From: a virus
Reading direction: 5' to 3' (one strand)
IMG/VR virus record: IMGVR_UViG_3300043464_001679
Location: 1 to 64,000 of that record
DNA length: 64,000 nucleotides
How positions within the stretch are numbered: position 1 is the first letter of the stretch; each line of letters begins with the position of its first letter. This document shows, piece after piece, positions 41,661-49,748 of the stretch. The position numbers and the translations under genes are program-made. Below the pieces are notes generated by a model that saw only the letters and a program-made list of their open reading frames with translations, was not told the origin of the DNA and did no database searches.

Positions 41661-42400
41661 AAAGAGAATGTGATGTTTATCTTGAACCGATAGAACACGT
41701 TTATATACACCGTAAAACAGGTGAGAAGTTTAAATCGGTTACCACAGTTCTAGGGATGTTAGAACCACATTTTCCTGCAGAAGAAGTTGCTCTTAGAATT
41801 TCTTTACAATCCGATGAAGTAAGAAAACCTGAATATAGGGGAATGACCCAACAACAAATTTTAGATGAATGGGTTAGAATAAATAAAGAAGCTAATGAGT
41901 ATGGTACTGAAATACATGAGATACTTGAAAGATATCTTTTAGCTGGTAAAATATATTTCCCTAAAAACGACTACGAAAGAAAAATAATTACCCTTTTCCA
42001 AGAGGTGGATGATATGAGGGGTACTATTTACCCTGAAACAGTTTTATTTTCTGCCAAACATAAATTAGCTGGTACCGCTGATATTATTGAAGACTGTGGT
42101 GATTATTTTAATGTTAGGGACTTTAAAACAAACAAAAAAATTAACTATATATCGGAATACGGTCATTGGTTAAACCCACCCGTTTCACATTTAACTGATT
42201 GTCAGTATAGTATCTATAGCCTACAAATGTCAATTTATGCCTACATGTATCAAATTGAGACACGTAAAAAAGTTGGTAAAATGAATCTTTTTTATTTAAA
42301 TCCTGAGACTGAAAAGTTTGAGGTTATCTATGTACCTTATATGGGTTTGGAAGCAAAAAAGGTACTTGATTATTGGAAAGAAACTCAATTAAATAAGTAA
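41657..42400 (+). CDS. PD-(D/E)XK exonuclease (RecB/Cas4-like)
   Basis: SVTT, GTEIHEILE, E...AGTADII, DFKT, YSLQMSIYA. Confidence 0.85.
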   Translation: MKRECDVYLEPIEHVYIHRKTGEKFKSVTTVLGMLEPHFPAEEVALRISLQSDEVRKPEYRGMTQQQILDEWVRINKEANEYGTEIHEILERYLLAGKIYFPKNDYERKIITLFQEVDDMRGTIYPETVLFSAKHKLAGTADIIEDCGDYFNVRDFKTNKKINYISEYGHWLNPPVSHLTDCQYSIYSLQMSIYAYMYQIETRKKVGKMNLFYLNPETEKFEVIYVPYMGLEAKKVLDYWKETQLNK

Positions 42401-42458
42401 TCAAAAAAGTATTTATTGTTTAAAATATTTTGATTATTTTTAAATAAATAAAAAGAAT

Positions 42459-43598
42459 ATGCCTGAAGAAATTAAATTAACAAGAGAAGAAACACTTGAA
42501 ATTAAAGATAGATTTATGAATTTCTATAAAGATTTAGAGTCTATCCAAGACTACTTCCTTGCCAGAAAAAAAGAAAAAATTATTGGTATTGACCATGATA
42601 AATATACTAAAGACATGTTTACCGATTATAACATGCAACCAAAAGATATGGACTTTGAAATGGAGGTCATTGAAGGTAGTTTGTTTAGTCCCACCACACA
42701 AATTATAACTTCTTTACCACTAGAATCACAAATTGGTAGACAAATTATGTTGGGTGTTAAAGAAAAAAACACAAACAAATATATCGGATTTATTCGTATG
42801 GCTTCACCTGTTTTATCCATTAAACCTAGAAATGACCATTTTGGACAAACTATTAGAGCTACTGCTGTAAATAAACATATGATTAATGGAGCTATCATTG
42901 TTCCTGTACAACCTTTTGGATATAATTATTTAGGGGGTAAACTTTTAGCTTTAATGGCATGTTCACATGAAATTAGAAACATGTTAAAAGAAAAATATGG
43001 TGATAAAATAGATACTTGTTTCATGGAAACAACGTCTTTATATGGTGATATTAAAGGTATGAGTCAATACGATGGTTTAAAACCATTTATCCGTTACCAA
43101 GACATGACAGAATCAGATTTGTTTCTTTTCCCAACAGAGGAAGTTTATGGACCAATCAGACGTAAAATTAGAGAGCTTTATGGTAAACCTGAGTGGGGTG
43201 GAAATACTGTAGACCCAGGACCATCAGGGCCTAAGATGAGAGAATTTAATAAAGCTATTTCTATATTAAAAAATCACCTTAGAGAATATGATATGGATGC
43301 TTATAATGAGTTCCATAAATTTACTAAGACACATATGAAAGCTAAAACTAAGAAAAGATATTATTATTCTAATTTTGGTTTTGATAATGTTATTGAACAT
43401 GTTAATTCTAATGGTGAAACTCCTTTGGTTGAGGGGCAAAATTATCATAAACATAATCTTTCATACATGATTGAATGGTGGAAGAAAAAATCTCAAAAAA
43501 GATATAATACTTTAAAAGAAGAAGGTAGACTTAGAACTGAATTAGAAATATATACTGAAGATAGTATAAATAACAAAGAAGTTGATATGGTTAGGTAA
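42459..43598 (+). CDS. DUF4338 / Druantia DruA-like protein
   Basis: IGFIRMASPV...PR, VPVQPFGYNYLGGKLLAL...SHE, ETTSLYG...SQY. Confidence 0.6.
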   Translation: MPEEIKLTREETLEIKDRFMNFYKDLESIQDYFLARKKEKIIGIDHDKYTKDMFTDYNMQPKDMDFEMEVIEGSLFSPTTQIITSLPLESQIGRQIMLGVKEKNTNKYIGFIRMASPVLSIKPRNDHFGQTIRATAVNKHMINGAIIVPVQPFGYNYLGGKLLALMACSHEIRNMLKEKYGDKIDTCFMETTSLYGDIKGMSQYDGLKPFIRYQDMTESDLFLFPTEEVYGPIRRKIRELYGKPEWGGNTVDPGPSGPKMREFNKAISILKNHLREYDMDAYNEFHKFTKTHMKAKTKKRYYYSNFGFDNVIEHVNSNGETPLVEGQNYHKHNLSYMIEWWKKKSQKRYNTLKEEGRLRTELEIYTEDSINNKEVDMVR

Positions 43599-43951
43599 TG
43601 AAAGATAATAAATTAAAACATAGTTTTGTTGAAAAAGATGAATCTACAGAAACTTTTTTAAATGAATGGTTAAGACTTACCACACCACAGGCTCAACCTT
43701 TCACAATAGAACAATCTTTTCGTAATTATGAAGATGTCGTTGTAAGTGAAGCAATATTAGACCATTTGTTAGTGGATAATAATGATGATTATGTTGAATA
43801 TGTTAAAAAAGAATTATCACATAGACTAGCAAAAATATTATTAGACGAGGGTTTTATTGATTTTTCTGTACATAAAAACATTTATACAGACTATACTGAT
43901 TTTAGGATGAGAATAAAAGTTATTAGAAACTCCGAAAATAATGTACGTTGA
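43598..43951 (+). CDS. hypothetical protein with a partial KHxF motif at the N-terminus
   Basis: 117 aa, begins MKDNKLKHSF. Confidence 0.6.
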   Translation: MKDNKLKHSFVEKDESTETFLNEWLRLTTPQAQPFTIEQSFRNYEDVVVSEAILDHLLVDNNDDYVEYVKKELSHRLAKILLDEGFIDFSVHKNIYTDYTDFRMRIKVIRNSENNVR

Positions 43952-44360
43952 GATATCTGCTAGACAAACAGGTAAGACTACTAGATTAGTGGATGATTTA
44001 GTAAATTTTTTACAAACAAATGGTGATAAATCAGCTTTAGTTGTTTCATCACACAACCCCTCTAGAAAATCAATAAAACAAAAAATAATGGAGAAATGTG
44101 GTTTACCCTGTGTTAATAGGACTATAACTTCACACAAAATGTTACCACCTTCTAATAGTATGAAACAATATGTGGACGAGTTTTTTTATCTAGAACCAAA
44201 CAAATTAGTTTTGGATGAAAATGCATATTATACAGGTACCCCCAAAGAACGAATATATGGAATATATGAAGAAATTTACTGTACATTTCAAATAAAAAAT
44301 AATGGTAATATGGTACCTATTAAACCAATAAAAAGACATGGATTTGGAGGAAATAGTTGA
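43941..44360 (+). CDS. miniature terminase-ATPase-like P-loop protein with a C-terminal tag
   Basis: ARQTGKTT Walker A, YVDEF Walker B, YTGTP motif III; only 139 aa; ends PIKPIKRHGF. Confidence 0.6.
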   Translation: MYVEISARQTGKTTRLVDDLVNFLQTNGDKSALVVSSHNPSRKSIKQKIMEKCGLPCVNRTITSHKMLPPSNSMKQYVDEFFYLEPNKLVLDENAYYTGTPKERIYGIYEEIYCTFQIKNNGNMVPIKPIKRHGFGGNS

Positions 44361-44724
44361 AAAATGGGAGATTACGGGTCTTCTATCTGATTTACCTAAT
44401 GAGTGGATTAAACAAAATTTAGCTTTAACTTACGAAAAAATAACCACTCACTTATTAGATGGTGACGCTAGTTATGTTACACTAACTTTCCCTATAGTAC
44501 ATAGAATTTGTAAAACAGGTTTAGTTATTACAAATATAGAACATTTTTTGGGTGAGGTGAATAATTTTTTCCATTCTAATCAACATTTATTAGATGGTAC
44601 TTATGATAGTATTGATATAGAGTTTGAACTTTGTAGGGTTTTTTCTGAAGATTATATGGAATGGTTAATAGATAACCCACAAAATCTAGAACCTAATAAA
44701 TTTTTACCAAAACATAATCTATGA
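44338..44724 (+). CDS. protein resembling the N-terminus of gp23-type major capsid protein, with a C-terminal tag
   Basis: EKW..TGLL..LP...KQNLA..YE...FPIVHRI; ends PNKFLPKHNL. Confidence 0.5.
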   Translation: MDLEEIVEKWEITGLLSDLPNEWIKQNLALTYEKITTHLLDGDASYVTLTFPIVHRICKTGLVITNIEHFLGEVNNFFHSNQHLLDGTYDSIDIEFELCRVFSEDYMEWLIDNPQNLEPNKFLPKHNL

Positions 44725-45014
44725 TAGCTTTATATACATTGCTTGATATATGGTTTAATGAAACATACGGGTATTTAGGTTTTAAAATTTCAGAACCATA
44801 CCAAGATGAAGAAAATTTAAAGTTTTATTTTGGCATACTACATAACAACAATAAAACAGATATACGTAGAGTAAACTTAGAAAACATTATGGATTTTACT
44901 GTTGGTAATTTTGAACTTAGAAAAACAATATTTGATACTTTACTAAAATCACATGGGTATAGATTAGATAATGACTTTACACCGATAAAAAAAATCAATA
45001 AACTTAGTTTATGA
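44721..45014 (+). CDS. hypothetical protein with a C-terminal tag
   Basis: 97 aa; ends FTPIKKINKLSL. Confidence 0.6.
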   Translation: MIALYTLLDIWFNETYGYLGFKISEPYQDEENLKFYFGILHNNNKTDIRRVNLENIMDFTVGNFELRKTIFDTLLKSHGYRLDNDFTPIKKINKLSL

Positions 45015-45346
45015 AGGTTGCTGTGATTGGTAGTAGAAATTTTAATGACTACGAAGAAGTCGAACAGGTGTTATCAAGTGTAAAGATAACATTATTGGTT
45101 TCTGGTGGTGCTAAAGGTGCTGATACCCTAGGTCAAAAGTACGCTGAAGAACATAATATTGAAACTAAAATATTTTTACCTGATTGGAAAAAATATGGTA
45201 AAAAGGCGGGTTTTTTAAGGAATTCAGATATTATAAACGAATCTGAATTAGTTGTAGCTTTTTGGGATGGTTTTTCTAAAGGTACCTTAGATTCTATAAA
45301 AAAGGCTGAAAAAAAAGGTAAAAATATATTATTAATAAGAATATAA
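45011..45346 (+). CDS. SLOG-superfamily protein (DUF2493/YspA-like)
   Basis: KVAVIGSRNF, VSGGAKGADTL, PDWKKYGKKAGFLRN, AFWDG.SKGT. Confidence 0.85.
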   Translation: MKVAVIGSRNFNDYEEVEQVLSSVKITLLVSGGAKGADTLGQKYAEEHNIETKIFLPDWKKYGKKAGFLRNSDIINESELVVAFWDGFSKGTLDSIKKAEKKGKNILLIRI

Positions 45347-45350
45347 AAAT

Positions 45351-46175
45351 ATGACTGAAAATAAAAAAATACGTTTTATTTATCATTGTGCTGATTTACA
45401 CATCAGACTTTATAAAAGACACGATGAATACCGTGAACAATTTCAAAAGTTCTTTGATTCAGTTAAAGAACATATGGAAGAAAACAACCTTAACAGAGAA
45501 GAGGTTAGGATTGTTATTGCTGGTGATGTGGTACACTCTAAGAATCAATTAACACCTGAATTGGTGGATTTAACAACATGGTTCTTTAAGAATTGTTGTG
45601 ACATTTGTGATACCATAGTTATTTTGGGTAACCACGATTTCTTAGCTAATAACTTAGATAGAATGGATGCTCTAACACCCATCATTGAAACGATGAATGA
45701 TAATAGACTTAAGTTTTTAAAACACACAGGATGTTTTGAGGATAAGAATATTGTTTGGTGTTTATATGGCCATATGGAAGGTTCACAGAGACCTGAAATA
45801 GAGAAGGCCAAAGAAGAGTTTGGTGACAAAACATACGTTGGTTTATATCACGACCCTTTGATTGGTTTAAAGACAAATGTGGGGTTTGAATTTGAGGACG
45901 GACAGGACATTTCTATTTTTGATGGTTGTGACTTTGTTTGTTGTGGAGATATTCACTTATATCAGGTAATGAATTATCATGGAATTACTATCGTACAACC
46001 ATCATCAATGATACAACAAGATTTTGGTGAGTCTGTAGATAAACATGGGTTTGTTATATGGGATGTAGAAAGTAAAAAACACAAACACATACATTTAGAA
46101 TCTGATTACGGGTTCTACACATTTAAAATAAGTTCAATAGAAGATATTGAATCAGAATTAGAAAGATTAGTTTAA
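45351..46175 (+). CDS. sbcD: Mre11/SbcD/gp47-like metallophosphoesterase nuclease subunit
   Basis: ADLH, AGDVVH, GNHD, YH, GDIH, QQDFGE. Confidence 0.85.
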   Translation: MTENKKIRFIYHCADLHIRLYKRHDEYREQFQKFFDSVKEHMEENNLNREEVRIVIAGDVVHSKNQLTPELVDLTTWFFKNCCDICDTIVILGNHDFLANNLDRMDALTPIIETMNDNRLKFLKHTGCFEDKNIVWCLYGHMEGSQRPEIEKAKEEFGDKTYVGLYHDPLIGLKTNVGFEFEDGQDISIFDGCDFVCCGDIHLYQVMNYHGITIVQPSSMIQQDFGESVDKHGFVIWDVESKKHKHIHLESDYGFYTFKISSIEDIESELERLV

Positions 46176-46363
46176 TGGAACCAATAAAAAAATTAAAAAA
46201 ACACCATGTAACAAAGGTTAAATATGATGAATCTTTATGGCAGGAATTAAGTAATCTTTTTGAATCTAATAATACGAGGAATAGGGGTTTTATTAACTGG
46301 ATTATCACATCACCAGAATTAGCAAAAATTATAAATAATATGGATAATGAAAATAGGGGATAA
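46175..46363 (+). CDS. small protein with an N-terminal tag
   Basis: 62 aa; begins MEPIKKLKKHHV. Confidence 0.55.
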   Translation: MEPIKKLKKHHVTKVKYDESLWQELSNLFESNNTRNRGFINWIITSPELAKIINNMDNENRG

Positions 46364-46571
46364 AGTAAAATTTGAGGATAATTTTTCTGATACTATGTAT
46401 GGAATCATAGTCGGTAAAGAAGTACCTAGATGTAAATGTAAGGGTATGGGAAAATGGGTTATCGATTTTAATGGAGAAACAAAGTATATAAAAATAGGTG
46501 ACATTAGATTAAGTCACCATAATATGGAACCAAGTAAAAGTTCTTTAGGTTTTAATTTCAGTAATGGCTAA
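46347..46571 (+). CDS. small SH3/KOW-like protein
   Basis: MKIGDKVKF...GIIVG pattern. Confidence 0.5.
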   Translation: MKIGDKVKFEDNFSDTMYGIIVGKEVPRCKCKGMGKWVIDFNGETKYIKIGDIRLSHHNMEPSKSSLGFNFSNG

Positions 46572-46971
46572 AAAATATCCTGATAATATTGTCTTTAACG
46601 AAGAAACAGATAAGTTTGACGCTAATTTAAAACATTACCCTACAACTGTGGGGTCACAAAAATTTGAAATTTTACAAATTGATAAATCTGATGCTTTAAA
46701 AGCTGATAAATACTTTAATAAAAGGTTGGAGGAGTTAAAAGAAGAGTACAATAAATTAATAAATGAGTACGAAACAACAAAATTATTATATAGTACGAGT
46801 TACGGATTTCAACCAATATTAGGGCATTTATACCACATTTATAGGGGTAAAGATGGGAATACTTTTCTTAGTTTAATTAATCCTAATGAGTGGAATAAAG
46901 AATATTTAGGTTCCTACAGACTAAATACTAACGGTACATGGGAAAATATTAATGTTAATTTAAAAATATAA
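46564..46971 (+). CDS. DUF2452-like protein
   Basis: YPTTVGS, FQPILGHLYHIY...FLSLINPNEW. Confidence 0.65.
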   Translation: MAKKYPDNIVFNEETDKFDANLKHYPTTVGSQKFEILQIDKSDALKADKYFNKRLEELKEEYNKLINEYETTKLLYSTSYGFQPILGHLYHIYRGKDGNTFLSLINPNEWNKEYLGSYRLNTNGTWENINVNLKI

Positions 46972-46975
46972 ATAA

Positions 46976-47575
46976 ATGAATCGTAATTTAACCTTACAAG
47001 AAAAAAAAGAAAAACTACTATCAAATTCTTTCCATACTTTAAATCAAAACATAACTAGTGGTAATCAACAAATTAGTCGTGATAGATATGAGGGTTTTAG
47101 GGAAGATATTACAGCTTTAATGGAATACTTTGAACACCATAGAGTTTACGTTGTAGATCTTCCAGCTAATATAATACCACACCCTGAAAACAGAAGAAGA
47201 AGAGTAGACCCTGAATTAGCTAACACCCCAACAACAAAAACTTTAGTAGTAAACTCATGGCGCTTTGATAACTTATATCTATTAACAGAAAAGTTCAATC
47301 AACTTTTAGATGAAAATAAAGAAATATTTGTTTATGTTATAGAGACGGTACAATTTTATGATCCTATGAATTTTGAACCAACCTATAGATATATGGTTAG
47401 GTTTGGAACTATTGATTTAGATTATTGGTATAATCCTGAGTATAGAGAAGAAATAAATGAACCTGTACAACCTGAACAATATTTTGAGAGATATACTAGA
47501 AATAGGACTGAAAATAATTTAGAAGAAAATAAACCGATGTCTGTGGGTAAAAGTATTTTAAAACATAAATTTTAA
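46976..47575 (+). CDS. protein containing a gp23 major-capsid C-terminal-like segment, with a C-terminal tag
   Basis: YDPMNFEPTYRYMVRFG; ends GKSILKHKF. Confidence 0.5.
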   Translation: MNRNLTLQEKKEKLLSNSFHTLNQNITSGNQQISRDRYEGFREDITALMEYFEHHRVYVVDLPANIIPHPENRRRRVDPELANTPTTKTLVVNSWRFDNLYLLTEKFNQLLDENKEIFVYVIETVQFYDPMNFEPTYRYMVRFGTIDLDYWYNPEYREEINEPVQPEQYFERYTRNRTENNLEENKPMSVGKSILKHKF

Positions 47576-47581
47576 ATAAGA

Positions 47582-48952
47582 ATGGAGTTAATTATTAAAA
47601 ACATAGAGCCAATAAACGAAGAACAAAAAAGAGTTATTAAAGAAGTTAGAAATTTCATTAATAACGGTGATCCAAATGATTGGTTTGTTTTAGAAGGAAA
47701 AGCAGGAACGGGTAAAACAACTATAATTACCAAAGTCATCGAACCTTATATCAATAAAAAAAGAATTGAGGTTTCAGCTTTATCTCATAAAGCTAAAAAA
47801 GTTTTATGGAATAAGGTTATTGATGTTTATGGTGAGGAAAATATTGGTTTAAGTTCTAGGAGTGTTTCTTCCATGTTAGGAATGACTTTAGATATGGAAA
47901 GTGGTAAATTTACTAAAATCTTTAGCAAAAAGAAACCACCTATTAGATGGGACGATATTATTATTGTTGATGAAGCATCAATGATTAATGAGGAGGGTTT
48001 AAAACTAATAATGGAATTAAAAAAACCTAAAGCCAAAGTTATTTTTATTGGTGATGTAGGTCAGTTACCACCGATAAGGGAAGATGGTGATGAAAATGTT
48101 GGTAAAATAAGCCCCGTTTTTAATACCATGAATAAAATAACTTTATTAAATAGGGTTAGACAAAGTTCCGATAGTAATATATTACCATACTCTGATTTTT
48201 ATTGGGATAATTCAGTTAAAAATGATGGTATAGATGAAGACCCGATACCACTAAATAAAAGAAAAAGTTGTGAACAAATGGTTTTTTCTGATAATTTAGA
48301 AGAAGTTTTATCAGAAAATGTTGATTTATTTTTGGAATCAATACAAAATAAAAATACTGATTTAGTTAAAGTTATTGTTTATAGAAATAACACAAAAAAA
48401 GCTATTAACTGGTACATTAGAAATTTATTATTTGGTCAACCTAAAGAATATGAGTTAGGTGAAATTATTATTTTTAACGATAATTATATTGTAGACGATA
48501 TTGATGAAGATATAATAGAAAATTCATCAGAATGGAATATAGTTCAAATTACAGAAAAAGTTTTTTATAAAAAATATAAAGGTTATACTTTAGTTCTTAC
48601 TGATGAACAAAATACTTACAATGTTGATGTTATCAGCAGTGAAAGTATTAATGATTGGAATAAACATGTTTCAGATTTATTTACAAAAGCTAAAAAAGAA
48701 CCTTTTGGTAAGTCTAGAAAATTAGCCTTAATGAAGGCATGGGAGGCAAAGAAAAGATTTGCTGATATTGATTATGCGTATACAATAACATCACATAAAT
48801 CACAAGGTTCAACCTATAAAAATGTTATTGTTGTTGAAGATGATATTTTGGAAGTGGCTATGATAGGTAATATTGAAAAATCACAATCTTTGTATGTCGC
48901 GATAACTAGAGCATCAGATAAAGTTTATATTGTGTCAGGATTGAATAGTTAA
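47582..48952 (+). CDS. dda: Dda/RecD-like SF1B helicase
   Basis: GKAGTGKT, IVDEASM, GDVGQLPPI, VRQ, YTITSHKSQGST, YVAITRA. Confidence 0.88.
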   Translation: MELIIKNIEPINEEQKRVIKEVRNFINNGDPNDWFVLEGKAGTGKTTIITKVIEPYINKKRIEVSALSHKAKKVLWNKVIDVYGEENIGLSSRSVSSMLGMTLDMESGKFTKIFSKKKPPIRWDDIIIVDEASMINEEGLKLIMELKKPKAKVIFIGDVGQLPPIREDGDENVGKISPVFNTMNKITLLNRVRQSSDSNILPYSDFYWDNSVKNDGIDEDPIPLNKRKSCEQMVFSDNLEEVLSENVDLFLESIQNKNTDLVKVIVYRNNTKKAINWYIRNLLFGQPKEYELGEIIIFNDNYIVDDIDEDIIENSSEWNIVQITEKVFYKKYKGYTLVLTDEQNTYNVDVISSESINDWNKHVSDLFTKAKKEPFGKSRKLALMKAWEAKKRFADIDYAYTITSHKSQGSTYKNVIVVEDDILEVAMIGNIEKSQSLYVAITRASDKVYIVSGLNS

Positions 48953-48953
48953 A

Positions 48954-49697
48954 ATGGAGTTACCTAAAGATTTAAAAGACGAAATATGGGAGTTCTGCCG
49001 ATTGAATGATATTACTGATTTGAATGCTTTTATGCTTAGGATGTTGAGACAAGGTTATACAACGGAAAAATATGGACCAACACCATTTAAAATAGGTGGT
49101 GAGACTATAAAGGAGGTTGTTGTGGAAAAAATTGTTGAGGTACCTGTTGAGGTTATTAAGGAAATAGAAAAAATTGTTGAAGTACCTGTTGAAGTTATTA
49201 AGGAAATAGAAAAAATTGTTGAGGTTATTAAAGAGGTTCCTGTTGATAGACTAGTAGAAATTATTAAAGAGGTTCCTGTTGAGGTGATAAAAGAGGTAAT
49301 TGTAGAAAAAACAAGTGGAGAACAAGAAAAATGGGTGGAAAAGGAGGTAATTGTTGAAAAACGAGTGGAAATACCTGTTGAAGTCATCAAAGAGGTCGAA
49401 AAAATTGTTGAGGTACCTGTTGAAGTTATAAAGGAAGTTTTTATTGAAAAAGAGGTTGTAAAAGAAGTCCTCGTTGAAATAGAAAAAATTGTTGAGGTAC
49501 CCATTAAAAACGATGAACAGGTTAAAAAATTAGAACAGCAAATCCAAAACCTTAAAATAGAGTTAGAACTAGAACAAAATAGGAATTATCAACCAGTGAA
49601 ATTAGAAAAACCAAAAGAAGAAAAAAATAAAAATATGTTAGGTAGTATTATTAATTGGGTTTCTAAGGGTGAAAGAGATGATTTATATGGTGAATAA
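48954..49697 (+). CDS. V/E/K/P-repeat (alveolin/articulin-like) protein
   Basis: Tandem EKIVEVPVEVIKE repeats and a C-terminal coiled coil. Confidence 0.7.
   Translation: MELPKDLKDEIWEFCRLNDITDLNAFMLRMLRQGYTTEKYGPTPFKIGGETIKEVVVEKIVEVPVEVIKEIEKIVEVPVEVIKEIEKIVEVIKEVPVDRLVEIIKEVPVEVIKEVIVEKTSGEQEKWVEKEVIVEKRVEIPVEVIKEVEKIVEVPVEVIKEVFIEKEVVKEVLVEIEKIVEVPIKNDEQVKKLEQQIQNLKIELELEQNRNYQPVKLEKPKEEKNKNMLGSIINWVSKGERDDLYGE
49108..49503 (+). repeat. degenerate coding tandem repeat (GAAAAAATTGTTGAGGTACCTGTTGAGGTTATTAAGGAAATA-like units)
   Basis: Several near-identical ~42 nt units are visible. Confidence 0.8.
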
Positions 49698-49748
49698 CCA
49701 ACCCTTTATTTAATCAAAAATTTTAATTATCTTTTATAAAAAATAAGT

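Noticed and set aside
41657-42400. Cas4 as part of a CRISPR system
   Set aside because: This is a solo PD-(D/E)XK nuclease without the Fe-S cysteine set or an array, and is a common phage replication-region gene.
43941-44360. Annotating this ORF as the real large terminase or a terminase pseudogene
   Set aside because: It is too short, and no nuclease half lies in adjacent frames. The motifs are compressed rather than interrupted, and the ORF is intact and translationally coupled.
49108-49503. Possible CRISPR array or DGR repeat
   Set aside because: The repeats are in-frame, degenerate at third positions and lack unique spacers. No cas or reverse transcriptase gene is present.
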